DNA of 46,189 nt, taken from an uncultured Acidobacteriaceae bacterium. GTDB taxonomy: Bacteria > Acidobacteriota > Terriglobia > Terriglobales > Acidobacteriaceae. Numbering within the stretch: position 1 is the stretch's first letter; the number at the start of each line of letters is the position of its first letter. Of the stretch, positions 30,697 to 39,840 are shown one piece after another. Where the stretch lies: contig CAXTRN010000001.1 of NCBI GenBank assembly GCA_964246645.1, forward strand, positions 1 through 46,189. The letters run 5' to 3'. Under the pieces are notes generated by a model. It saw only the letters and a list, made by a program, of their open reading frames with translations, did no database searches and was not told the DNA's origin. Position numbers and translations under genes: made by a program.

Positions 30697-31470
30697 GTGA
30701 ACACCGCAATGAAGCGCGACGGTCGGCCCGTGAACACAACCGGAAACTCCCTGGACCCACTTGCGGGCGCCACGGGCAGCAGCCTCGATTGGGCACGCGC
30801 CAACCAGCGAACCACCATCCTCATCGGTGGCCTCCTCACCTTCCTCATCGCCGTCATTGCGATTGGCTACTCCATTTACGCGCATCGCACCGCTGAAGCC
30901 CAAACTGCTTTTGGAGAGGCCATGCAGGTGTACCAAACGCCGCTGGTGCGGCCTGGCCAGGCACTGCCGCCGGGCATGAAGGCGTTCACCTCCTCCAAAG
31001 AACGCGCAACGCAGGCAAACACGCTATTCGCCAATGCCGCGCAACGCTTCAACCTGACGGCGCCGGGCAAGCTGGCTTTGTACTTCGAAGGATTGACGGC
31101 TCTTGAAGCCGGCCAAAACGGCACCGCCGAAGATACCCTGAAGCGGGTAGCCTCAGGCTGGAATGGCGACACAGCAGCGCTGGGTAAACTGGCGCTCGCA
31201 CAGCTTTATTCCCAGACCGGACGCACGGACCGTGCGGTCGAACTCTATCAGGAACTTGGCAAAGGGCACGCCAGCACCGTTCCGCCCGGCTTGGCCCAGC
31301 TGCAGCTTGCCGACCTGTACACCACGGAAGGCAAGACCGAAGACGCTCGCCACATCTATGCGGAGCTGAAGGATCACGACAAGGACGCCAAGGGCAAACT
31401 CGGTGTCGCCGCCCAGGTCGCCTCGGAAAAGCTCAACCCTCAGCCAGCTCCTGCCTTGCCAGCGCGCTAA
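30697..31470 (+). CDS. Membrane-anchored TPR protein (YfgM-like)
   Basis: Single N-terminal TM followed by helical TPR-like repeats (LALAQLY...AVELYQEL, LQLADLY...ARHIYAEL). Confidence 0.8.
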   Translation: MNTAMKRDGRPVNTTGNSLDPLAGATGSSLDWARANQRTTILIGGLLTFLIAVIAIGYSIYAHRTAEAQTAFGEAMQVYQTPLVRPGQALPPGMKAFTSSKERATQANTLFANAAQRFNLTAPGKLALYFEGLTALEAGQNGTAEDTLKRVASGWNGDTAALGKLALAQLYSQTGRTDRAVELYQELGKGHASTVPPGLAQLQLADLYTTEGKTEDARHIYAELKDHDKDAKGKLGVAAQVASEKLNPQPAPALPAR

Positions 31471-31544
31471 GAGCACGCCCTTTGAGAACTGGCTCCTTAG
31501 CCCTTTCATAGGAACGGCGTTTTCATCGAGTGTCGCAGTTTTGT

Positions 31545-31571
31545 AAAAAGAAGCGAGTCGCGCGAGACTCG
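31545..31571 (-). terminator. Rho-independent terminator-like hairpin with U-tract on the minus strand
   Basis: CGAGTC/GACTCG stem with a 6-nt loop, followed on the minus strand by CTTCTTTTT. Confidence 0.5.
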
Positions 31572-31767
31572 AATCCGTTCGGCCCGCTGTGAGCTTGCCG
31601 AGACGGCGATAGCATTACAGCCTTCCAAATACCGCAGCGCCTCTCAGCACAACTGGGTGATAGCGATGCGCGTGCCCGCCCTCGTTTCACCCAGCTGTTC
31701 TGACTGAATCTGCGACATTCTCACTGCCGTCTCCAGCCTAAGTGGTATTTCCAGCGTCCTCGCCGCT

Positions 31768-32379
31768 TTGTACCGTGCTCTTATGAGCTCCGCGACACCT
31801 GTTCGGCATTCATGGGTTTTCCGGTTACGCCGATGGCGCCTTCACCGGCACGCACGCCGAACCGCGCGCTCATGCCCGTTCTGGAAGACCCCGAAAAGGC
31901 TGTCATCGCCAAAGCCGCTCCGCCCACCACAGGTATCTACACCCGTGCGTTTGTTGCACGACCAAGGCGGTTCAAGCCTCATAGAACTCGCCCTAATCAC
32001 CCCGCTTCTTCTGCTGTTACTCGTGGGAGCCGTCGATCTCGGCCGAGCCGGCTATGCCGCTATCGAGGTGGCTGCTGCCGCGAACGCCGGCGCCGCCTAC
32101 GGAACCCAAAATCCAACCGATACGGCCGGCATGCAAAATGCTGCCTTACTCAATGGCGCCGACCTGAATGGACTGGCGTCAACGGCGAGCTGGGGTTGTG
32201 AATGTTCCGACGGCTCTTCCCCTTCCACCTCGTGCACCACGAAACCGAGTTGTTCTAACAACTTGGTGAAGTACGTTGTGGTCGCGACTTCGCTCAACTA
32301 CACACCCGTTCTCCATGTTCCCGGGCTGCCATCCAGTTTTCCTTTGCAGGCGAGCTCACGACTGCGAGCTGCCAACTGA
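31768..32379 (+). CDS. tadE: TadE/TadG-like pseudopilin (start uncertain)
   Basis: Prepilin-like DQGG|SSLIELALITPLLLLLLVGAVDLG, AANAGAAYG, Cys-rich tail. The N-terminal ~60 aa look non-coding. Confidence 0.85.
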   Translation: MYRALMSSATPVRHSWVFRLRRWRLHRHARRTARSCPFWKTPKRLSSPKPLRPPQVSTPVRLLHDQGGSSLIELALITPLLLLLLVGAVDLGRAGYAAIEVAAAANAGAAYGTQNPTDTAGMQNAALLNGADLNGLASTASWGCECSDGSSPSTSCTTKPSCSNNLVKYVVVATSLNYTPVLHVPGLPSSFPLQASSRLRAAN

Positions 32380-32939
32380 TGCAAGCGCCCTCCCTAAGCC
32401 CAACTGACGCTCAGACCGAAATTGGAGCGGGCCTTCCCTTCAGGGCAGATGTTGCGTATCGAAACGCAGCCAAACTTAGGGATGAAACCGGGAGCACGCT
32501 CGTCGAGTTCGCGATCTCCGCAATTCTCCTATTCACCTTGATTTTCGGCATTCTGGATGGCTCGAGAGCTCTTTATGTCGATCACTTCGTCGCAAATGCC
32601 GCACAGGAAGGGGCACGCTACGCCATGGTCCGCGGCGCGTCCTGGAGTGCCTCCTGCTCGGCTACGGTTGCGTACAACTGCAATGCCAGCAGCGCCAATA
32701 TCGCTACCTTCGTGCAGTCAATCGCGACCGCAGGCGTAGCAAAAGCAAATATCACAACGACAGCAACATGGCCCGGCACCAACGCAGCAGGGGCTTCTTG
32801 CACGTCTGGTTCGACCAAAAACATCGCGGGTTGTGCTGTAAAGGTGATCGTAACGTATCCATTCTCCTTCGTTGTGCCGCTGCTGCCGTTGAAAACCCTA
32901 TCGCTCTCCAGCACTTCGCAGGTGACGATTGTTGAGTAA
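32379..32939 (+). CDS. tadE: TadE-like pseudopilin
   Basis: DETG|STLVEFAI...GILDG, NAAQEGARYAMVRG; start overlaps the upstream stop (TGATG). Confidence 0.9.
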   Translation: MQAPSLSPTDAQTEIGAGLPFRADVAYRNAAKLRDETGSTLVEFAISAILLFTLIFGILDGSRALYVDHFVANAAQEGARYAMVRGASWSASCSATVAYNCNASSANIATFVQSIATAGVAKANITTTATWPGTNAAGASCTSGSTKNIAGCAVKVIVTYPFSFVVPLLPLKTLSLSSTSQVTIVE

Positions 32940-34197
32940 TGCCGTACTGCCCAGGCAGCGTGCAGGTCTCTTACTTTTCGTCGCGCTTACCATGCGACTC
33001 GCAATCGTTGTGTACGCGCTCATCCACTTCCATGCTGCTTGGTTCTTTTCCCGCGGCTCCGAGATGGGCTTTCTTGCGGACTCTTTAACGCACGGTCTGG
33101 GGCTAAGTTCTCCATTTGGCTTGCCCACAGGACCCACGGCGATGGTTGCTCCGGGCTATCCCGTCTTCGTTGCCTTTGTATTCACAATCTTCGGGACCTA
33201 CACCATTTGGTCTGCGCTCGTGTTGATGCTTGCGAACCTAGCCGCAAACCTGATCACCGTCCTCCTCATATATAGAATCAGCCAGAAGCTGGCAAGCGAA
33301 GCAGCGGCGTTCTGGGTAGCTTTCTTCTGGTCTTGTTCCTTGCCGCTACTGTGGATGCCCACGATCTTCTGGGAAACCAGTTTCTCGAGTGTGCTTTTAC
33401 TCGGATGTATGGCAGCCATGCTGTCAAAACGACTGCACACCTATTTCCTGTTCTGGTGGGGGTGCGGTGCCATGTGCGCCGTCGCAGGTCTCCTGAATCC
33501 AGCTCTACTTCTGTCCCTTTTCAGCCTTACCGGCTTTACGCTTTTTCAATCAACGCACAAAAGGCTAAGTTTTCTGCTGACCACTTCGCTCAGTTTCGCC
33601 CTCATTTTCTCCGCCTGGCCGATTCGCAACGCTCACATCTTCCACACTCCGATTTTCACCCGTACTACGGTGGGCCTGGAGTTATGGATGGGCAACCACT
33701 CAGGTTCTACCGGGTACCTCGATGAAGCACTGTTTCCCACCTACAATCAACATGAACTCGCAGATTACGAGGCACGAGGTGAGTTGGGGTACACCAGCCG
33801 CAAGCAGCAAGTTGCCCTGACTTACATGGAAGCTCACCCCGGCGTCACCACTCGCTTGACAGTGCGCCGACTGCTACGGTTCTGGACAGGAACAGGCAAT
33901 GCTGTCGGCTCACCGATTTTCATCCTGCATGCCCTCTTTACGACCCTGACAGGCTTTGCCGGGCTGCTACTCCTTTTTCGCGCTGGAAACAAAGATAGAT
34001 GGTTGTTCTTACTGCCTCTTCTGATTTTTCCCCTACCCTACTATCTGACACATGCCGAGTTTCGGTATAGGCTTGTGCTGGATCCACTTCTTACACTTCT
34101 TGGTGCTGTAACATTTGACTCTTTTCGGAAATTCAAGCAGAACTCACGAGTTGAAAGCTTGGCCACAACTAAAGGACATCGAATAAAGGTGTCCTGA
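32929..34197 (+). CDS. GT-C fold (ArnT/PMT-like) membrane glycosyltransferase
   Basis: Many TM segments, PTGPTAMVAPGYP, WPIRN...LELWMGN, HAEFRYRL; overlaps the tadE stop. Confidence 0.72.
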   Translation: MLSNAVLPRQRAGLLLFVALTMRLAIVVYALIHFHAAWFFSRGSEMGFLADSLTHGLGLSSPFGLPTGPTAMVAPGYPVFVAFVFTIFGTYTIWSALVLMLANLAANLITVLLIYRISQKLASEAAAFWVAFFWSCSLPLLWMPTIFWETSFSSVLLLGCMAAMLSKRLHTYFLFWWGCGAMCAVAGLLNPALLLSLFSLTGFTLFQSTHKRLSFLLTTSLSFALIFSAWPIRNAHIFHTPIFTRTTVGLELWMGNHSGSTGYLDEALFPTYNQHELADYEARGELGYTSRKQQVALTYMEAHPGVTTRLTVRRLLRFWTGTGNAVGSPIFILHALFTTLTGFAGLLLLFRAGNKDRWLFLLPLLIFPLPYYLTHAEFRYRLVLDPLLTLLGAVTFDSFRKFKQNSRVESLATTKGHRIKVS

Positions 34198-34209
34198 TGT
34201 CAGTGGCAT

Positions 34210-34674
34210 CTAAGTTAGCGCCCACTCACCTTGTGGACCGCCCTGTTTCGCCGTTTGCCGTTTCTTTACTTCCCGGGAAAAGCTCTCAGATACTACCGCC
34301 AAAGGCTTCACTTGGACCGAAGTATCTAATGTGCTTAAAACGTGACCTATTTCGATAGAACGAGCATTGATCTCTCCTGCAGCGAGTTCGACCACACTCT
34401 GAACCTTTCTCCGGATCGAAGTCACTCGATTTGGCTGTATCTCGGTCCACAGCTTTACCACCCGCATTTCCTTGTCGAGCCCCACAACATCAATCGCAAA
34501 TCGCATACCGAAGGTATGGATGCCGGACGAGGGACGTATCCAAACGCCCTCGCCCGACGGCAGACTACGCTTGCCGAGCAGACCCACGAGTCGCGTCACG
34601 GACGTTTCGGCACATCCGATCAGGTCTCCTACTTCAATGCCGTTGGTCTTATTCACAATCGTGACGAACTTCAT
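34210..34674 (-). CDS. DUF192 domain protein
   Basis: RLVGLLGK...GEGVWIRPSSGIHTFGMRFAIDVVGLD...SVVELAAG; AGGAGG RBS. Confidence 0.9.
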   Translation of the reverse strand: MKFVTIVNKTNGIEVGDLIGCAETSVTRLVGLLGKRSLPSGEGVWIRPSSGIHTFGMRFAIDVVGLDKEMRVVKLWTEIQPNRVTSIRRKVQSVVELAAGEINARSIEIGHVLSTLDTSVQVKPLAVVSESFSREVKKRQTAKQGGPQGEWALT

Positions 34675-34703
34675 GGGTACATGCCTCCTGGGGTGATCTC
34701 GGA

Positions 34704-34799
34704 TTACGTAGTGGGGTTAGACTTCCGGCGATACACAATGACGGCAAGCAAGACCACCGCAAGTACAGCTGCAATAATGCGCACAAAAGATACATCCAT
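34704..34799 (-). CDS. 31-aa single-TM peptide MDVSFVRIIAAVLAVVLLAVIVYRRKSNPTT
   Basis: Hand-translated; near-perfect SD AAGGAGGTG 6 nt before the ATG; stop lies 29 nt upstream of the DUF192 start. Confidence 0.72.
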   Translation of the reverse strand: MDVSFVRIIAAVLAVVLLAVIVYRRKSNPTT

Positions 34800-34862
34800 G
34801 AGTTACACCTCCTTCCTTCGAAATGAACAACCACACTAGCATGCGTGCTGAATTTACAGGCG

Positions 34863-35003
34863 CTAACGCCTCTCCGATTCACCACTCGAAACACGAGCAT
34901 TTTCTGAAAGATCGGAAATGGATTCGGCGCCAATTCCAGCCCAAAGTAGCGTAAAAGTAATAAGCACTGCCATAGGCAACAGCATCGTCATCGCGTCCGG
35001 CAT
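34863..35003 (-). CDS. 46-aa hydrophobic peptide MPDAMTMLLPMAVLITFTLLWAGIGAESISDLSENARVSSGESERR
   Basis: GGAGG 6 nt before ATG 35003; hydrophobic N-terminal helix; same strand as the 31-aa ORF and DUF192. Confidence 0.5.
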   Translation of the reverse strand: MPDAMTMLLPMAVLITFTLLWAGIGAESISDLSENARVSSGESERR

Positions 35004-35334
35004 CGAGATCCTCCGAGCTCCAAAGAATGTCGTGTTCACTGCGTCTGCCTCGTCGGCATACTGCAACGGCACATCCCCTTTATCGGCGCTCAGCAGAAAT
35101 GCTTTAGCGGAAAAGTGAAGCTTTCTCTCATTCCGGGTAACACAAAAGAGGCACATGCTTTTGCTAATGTTTCGCCTCGTTCTGCCGAAATAGGAGACAG
35201 CACAACGCGGACGCCGGGACAACGTGCCTGGTACCTTCTTACGGCTCCAGACCCCAATGATTTGGTGCAGCATAGCTGTCGCACGTTTAAGGAAGGGCAC
35301 CCCGCTGTTCGTGAACTTAAAAGGAGAATCACTT

Positions 35335-35514
35335 ATGAAGCTGAAGCATATCTTTTCCACTTTGATCCACGACGAATCTGGTCAAGATCTTATTGAGTAC
35401 GCTCTCGTCGCAGGTCTCTTGGGTCTCGGCGCGGTCGCTTCCATGAAGACACTCGGCAATACAATCGCAACCGCGTTCAACTCTGTCGGTACCCAACTCA
35501 CCAACAACGTGTAA
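35335..35514 (+). CDS. flp: Flp family pilin (59 aa)
   Basis: DESG|QDLIEYALV Flp motif; AAAGGAG RBS. Confidence 0.95.
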   Translation: MKLKHIFSTLIHDESGQDLIEYALVAGLLGLGAVASMKTLGNTIATAFNSVGTQLTNNV

Positions 35515-35651
35515 CCGGAGGGAGAGGTCTGGCGCTCGGCGTTAGACCCCTCCTCTGCCGAGTCGTGCACTCAGCGCCCTTCTTTACAGAAACCCGCGTG
35601 CAAGCGGGATAACTCTCAACCTTGTATCCATAGAACTTCGTTTGATCTCTT

Positions 35652-36206
35652 ATGATTTATCAATTTTCTCCTCAACTCGCGATAGTCACACTGGCCCTGG
35701 GTTTCGGCGTGATCGGCTCGATTACTGACCTGCGCACGCGGCGCATCCCCAATCTGCTTACCGGGCCCGCTATGTTGATCGGATTCTTGCTGCACCTTGC
35801 GATCGGCGGCTGGAAAGAAGGTGCAACCTCGCTCGTAGCCCTCCTCTTTTGCGGCGCTGTCTTTTTCATCTTTCATCTCGCGGGCGGCATGGGTGCAGGC
35901 GACGTCAAATTCATCGCCGCTGAGGGTTGCCTTCTCGGCCTGCCCAATGCCGGCACACTTCTGCTGTGCACTGCCCTCAGTGGTGGCATTCTGGCCATTG
36001 GCCTCGCCTACAAATCTGGAAAATTACGGCAAACCTTACGGAATGTCTTCATCCTTACTCGGCATCACCGAGAGCACGGCATCATTCCGCACCCTGAGCT
36101 TAACGTGCTCAATAGCCAGACCCTTCGCTTGCCTTACGCTTTGGCCATCGCAGCCGGTTGTGCTCTCACTCTTCTTCTACACCCATCGCACGGGTTGACC
36201 CTATGA
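35652..36206 (+). CDS. cpaA: Prepilin peptidase A24 (CpaA/TadV)
   Basis: TDLRTRRIPNLL, GMGAGDVKF, LPYALAIAAG. Confidence 0.93.
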   Translation: MIYQFSPQLAIVTLALGFGVIGSITDLRTRRIPNLLTGPAMLIGFLLHLAIGGWKEGATSLVALLFCGAVFFIFHLAGGMGAGDVKFIAAEGCLLGLPNAGTLLLCTALSGGILAIGLAYKSGKLRQTLRNVFILTRHHREHGIIPHPELNVLNSQTLRLPYALAIAAGCALTLLLHPSHGLTL

Positions 36207-37051
36207 ACACCCGTCGCTTGATCTCCGCCTTCTTTCTCGCGCTTTTTTGTTCTGGCCTGCTCACGTGGCAGCTAAGCAGACACTTGTCGCGGCCCGCACC
36301 TGTTTCTGCAACCAGGCTTCCTACCCGGAAGATCGTAGTTGCTTCCAAGGACATGCAAGCTGGCGACGTAATCACAGCCGCATCGCTAAAGACAGTAGAT
36401 TGGCCATCGTCCGCCATTCCTGTTGGTTCGTTCACCCAGCAGCAGGAGGTTGCCGGGCGCGTGTTGTTATCTTCGATTTCATCGGGGGAGTTGGTTCTGA
36501 CCCATGATCTGGCTGCCCCCGACACGGGAACGGGCCTACCGGCCCTCATTCCTGATGGCATGCGTGCTATCTCCATTCACGCCGACGAAACTACAGGTGT
36601 TTCCGGTTTTGTTACTCCCAATAGCCATGTGGACATTCTGGTCACTTACCCAGCTGCAGCCGGCGCTGGATTTGTGAGTGCCATGGTGTTACAAAACGCA
36701 CGAGTTTTGGCGGTCGGTCAGAAGGATGACGCGGCGAAAGAGGCGAAGTTGGGTCCGCTCGGTACGATAACACTGCTGACTACACCGCAAGACGCTGCAC
36801 GACTTACAACCGCAACCTCTTTGGGGAAAATTCTGTTGATCCTCCGCAACGGAGCAGATCGACACTTCACATCCGGACTATCTCAAATGACTTTTGCACC
36901 CGACGTTGTCACGAACAGAAGAACGACAGATACCGGCAGCCTAAAGCCCCTGCACACCGCCGCCGAACGTTCTTTCAAATCGAGCTTCACAGTCGAAACC
37001 CTGAGTGGCGGCAAGAAGATAGAGCAAAGTTTCGAACAGGAGCAGCCATGA
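36203..37051 (+). CDS. cpaB: Flp pilus assembly protein CpaB/RcpC
   Basis: SAF domain IVVASKDMQAGDVI, IPDGMRAISI, GVSGFVTPNSHVDILV, VLQNARVLAVGQ. Confidence 0.92.
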   Translation: MNTRRLISAFFLALFCSGLLTWQLSRHLSRPAPVSATRLPTRKIVVASKDMQAGDVITAASLKTVDWPSSAIPVGSFTQQQEVAGRVLLSSISSGELVLTHDLAAPDTGTGLPALIPDGMRAISIHADETTGVSGFVTPNSHVDILVTYPAAAGAGFVSAMVLQNARVLAVGQKDDAAKEAKLGPLGTITLLTTPQDAARLTTATSLGKILLILRNGADRHFTSGLSQMTFAPDVVTNRRTTDTGSLKPLHTAAERSFKSSFTVETLSGGKKIEQSFEQEQP

Positions 37052-38508
37052 TCTCCCTTCCCACACACGCGCGTCACTTGGGTATCTGTCGCTCACGTAT
37101 CTTGGGTCACAGTCGCGTCGTTGCAAGCTTGTGCCTTGGTATTTTCTGCATGCAAAGTGAAGTTCTTGGGCAACAACCAGCCGCGACTGCACACATTCCA
37201 AATTCACTTTCTGTAAATGCGGCGTTCAGGATCACCGGTGCGGATGGAGATCAGCTGACCCACATAGAAGTTGGCCGCGTTCTTTTCTTCAATGCTCAGA
37301 CCCGCATCACTCGTATCTACGTGGCAAATCCCGCTGTTCTTGATTCTTATATCGTGAGTCCAAAGCAGGTTCTGCTCACGGCCAAGGCCGCCGGAGTTAC
37401 CTCAGTCGTTCTCTGGGACGACAAAAACCAGGCGCAAACGTACACGGTGTCGTGTGACCCCGAGCTTGCTGCGCTACGCACATCGATCAAAAACGCTTTA
37501 CCGAACGAGAAGATTTCAGTAGCGACCCAGGACGGGCGGATCGTGCTGACCGGCACCGTCAGCACACAGGCATCGGCAGATGCAGCAGAAAAACTGGCTG
37601 CTCTTTTCGGCAAAGATATCGTGAACTCGCTTGTGCTGAACTCGGCGACGGCTAAGCAGGTGAGGCTTAAGGTTCGTTTTCTGGAAGTAGATCGTTCGCG
37701 ATTAAATCAGTTTGGCATCAACATCTTCGCCCCCGGTGGTACCAGCAGCATCGGGTCGGGCACAACCTCGCAGTTTCCGTCGACAGCTAATTTGAGCAGC
37801 AACGCCGGAACGGGCTTACTGGTCGGCGGTAACACCCTGACTGTCAGCGATGCCCTGAACTTTCTGTTCTTCAGTACAAAGACGAATGTGGGCGTTTCCG
37901 TCCAGGATCTTGAGAACAAGCAGCTATTGCAGATCCTCGCAGAGCCCACCATCACGACATTAAGCGGCCAAAACGCCAGCTTTCTCGCCGGTGGCGAGTT
38001 TCCCTTCCCCGTCGTGCAGGGTACAACGGGCGGAGCAAGCTCCATCACCATACAATTTCGTCCCTTCGGCGTGCGGCTCGCCTTTACCCCGAAGGTAAAT
38101 GTAGACGACTCCATTGAACTGAAAGTGGCACCCGAAGTAAGCGCGCTTGATTACACCAATGCCGTCTCGATCAGCGGCTACACAATCCCTGCTATCGCAA
38201 CAAAACACATTGACACCCAGGTAGTCATGCGCAGTGGACAAAGCTTCGCTATCTCCGGGCTTCTTGATCGCCGCACCACCGATTCCCTAGCGCGCACACC
38301 CGGCATTGCAAGCATCCCCTTTATTGGAGCTTTGTTTCATTCCAAGGGGGTAAATCTGTCGACTTCCGAGCTAATTGTGGTCGTGACGCCGACAATCGTT
38401 GATCCCTTAAATGACAGTTCTACGCCGGGTGAGCCGGAACCGGTCAGACCGTTCCTTAGCCCCACCGCCTTTGATAAGAATTTGCCTGCTACGCTCGGCA
38501 AACAATAA
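37048..38508 (+). CDS. cpaC: Tad secretin CpaC/RcpA
   Basis: QVRLKVRFLEVDR, LAEPTITTLSGQNASFLAGGEFPFP, APEVSALD, GQSFAISGLL, ELIVVVTP. Confidence 0.93.
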   Translation: MISLPTHARHLGICRSRILGHSRVVASLCLGIFCMQSEVLGQQPAATAHIPNSLSVNAAFRITGADGDQLTHIEVGRVLFFNAQTRITRIYVANPAVLDSYIVSPKQVLLTAKAAGVTSVVLWDDKNQAQTYTVSCDPELAALRTSIKNALPNEKISVATQDGRIVLTGTVSTQASADAAEKLAALFGKDIVNSLVLNSATAKQVRLKVRFLEVDRSRLNQFGINIFAPGGTSSIGSGTTSQFPSTANLSSNAGTGLLVGGNTLTVSDALNFLFFSTKTNVGVSVQDLENKQLLQILAEPTITTLSGQNASFLAGGEFPFPVVQGTTGGASSITIQFRPFGVRLAFTPKVNVDDSIELKVAPEVSALDYTNAVSISGYTIPAIATKHIDTQVVMRSGQSFAISGLLDRRTTDSLARTPGIASIPFIGALFHSKGVNLSTSELIVVVTPTIVDPLNDSSTPGEPEPVRPFLSPTAFDKNLPATLGKQ

Positions 38509-38553
38509 CAGCCTGAATCGGAGCCGTTATGCGGCAGAAAGGAAATTACGACC

Positions 38554-39720
38554 ATGCCTTATATGACGGGTACGCAAAGTTTACACATTACGCTGCTGTC
38601 GGTTTGTGTTGATGAAACCGTTATCGAGACCGCGCTCCGCTGCGCGGAAGACCGGGACTGGATTGTCACCCGAGCCGCCTTTGATGGTTATATTTCTTCC
38701 AAGCGGCGACCTCATCTTCCAGATGTTCTACGTGCAGGTGATGGGTGCGTCGCCTTTATCAATTTCGGAGCAGATCCTGAACAAGCCGCTGCTGCCGCAA
38801 CATACCTACATCAGGCGTTTGCAGGGCGTATTGTCATCGTCGCAATCTCTCAGTCGAGTAACGCTAACTTCCTTTTGCTTGCGATGCACGCAGGTTGCAT
38901 GGAATTTCTTACAACGCCCACGGAGCCTGCCTTCCAGGACTGCTTTCGCAGGGTGGAACAACATTTTTCCGAGCGCACAGCCACCGTCACTACCACGGGA
39001 TCGACGCTGGCTTTGCTCGGAGCCAAGGGTGGTGTGGGTACGACGACCCTCGGTGTGCACCTCGCCACCTATCTCGTCCAGAACAACAAAAAGAAAGTCC
39101 TTCTTATCGACAGCAAAGCTCAGTTCGGCCATACTTGCATTTACCTCGGCATGGATGGCAGTAACTGCCACTTTCAAGAGGTGGTCAGTAACGTCAACCG
39201 CCTCGACAGCGATCTACTTCGTGCCCTGGTGGCCACACATGCTTCCGGTCTTCACGTTCTGTCCTCTCCTGATGTCGGACAAGTGGCGCGTCCCATGCAT
39301 CCAGAAGACGTTTCAGCAACCTTGGACTTCTTACGAAGCGAGTACGATTTTGTTCTCGTCGACTGCGCGGATACAAGCGACGAGATTACCCGTGCCATTA
39401 TCGCCGCGTCTTCCCAAGTGTATGTCGTAGCAACACCGGAGATTACTGCCATTCGCGATCTTTCCCGCTATGTGGATGACTTGGCACATATGAACGACTC
39501 GAACAAAGTGCGCGTCGTCATCAATCGTTACTCGTCGCAGTTCGCCGTAAGTCTCGAAGAGATCGAGAAAGCCATCCGTCTTCCAGTGACTTTTAATATT
39601 CCCAATAACTATATTGAACTCGTTCGTTCAGCGAATTTGGGCGTCCCCGTAGTGCCGACGGCAAATCAGGTTTCACAGCAGAGATTACGAAATGGGCACA
39701 TTCCCTTGTTGGCACGGTAG
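38554..39720 (+). CDS. cpaE: CpaE/TadZ (pseudo-receiver plus MinD/ParA-like domain); apparent frameshift near 39645-39651, likely native stop at 39839
   Basis: Deviant Walker A GAKGGVGTTT, YDFVLVD, VVINRY. The alternative frame continues with a plausible tail to TAG 39837-39839. Confidence 0.88.
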   Translation: MPYMTGTQSLHITLLSVCVDETVIETALRCAEDRDWIVTRAAFDGYISSKRRPHLPDVLRAGDGCVAFINFGADPEQAAAAATYLHQAFAGRIVIVAISQSSNANFLLLAMHAGCMEFLTTPTEPAFQDCFRRVEQHFSERTATVTTTGSTLALLGAKGGVGTTTLGVHLATYLVQNNKKKVLLIDSKAQFGHTCIYLGMDGSNCHFQEVVSNVNRLDSDLLRALVATHASGLHVLSSPDVGQVARPMHPEDVSATLDFLRSEYDFVLVDCADTSDEITRAIIAASSQVYVVATPEITAIRDLSRYVDDLAHMNDSNKVRVVINRYSSQFAVSLEEIEKAIRLPVTFNIPNNYIELVRSANLGVPVVPTANQVSQQRLRNGHIPLLAR

Positions 39721-39840
39721 CCAACGAACCGAAGGTCGAGCACGTGAGATCGACTTTTAGCCGCTTCGGGATCGCCTTCAAACAGTTACTTCTGAGTGCA
39801 GCCGCCGTCAGCACACCCCCCGCAGGAAAGAGAGCTTAGG

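Noticed and set aside
31812-32201. Alternative frame upstream of the first tadE, suggesting another frameshift
   Set aside because: Cannot be distinguished from a simple downstream GTG/TTG start without orthologue alignment.
35148-35166. Sigma-54-like promoter AGGCACATGCTTTTGCT upstream of flp
   Set aside because: GG-to-GC spacing is 11 nt rather than the strict 10. It would only qualify if the T run has an extra base in error.
34863-35360. 165-aa minus-strand ORF from the track
   Set aside because: It overlaps the flp start and control region and has no RBS. Only the last 46 codons have a credible start.
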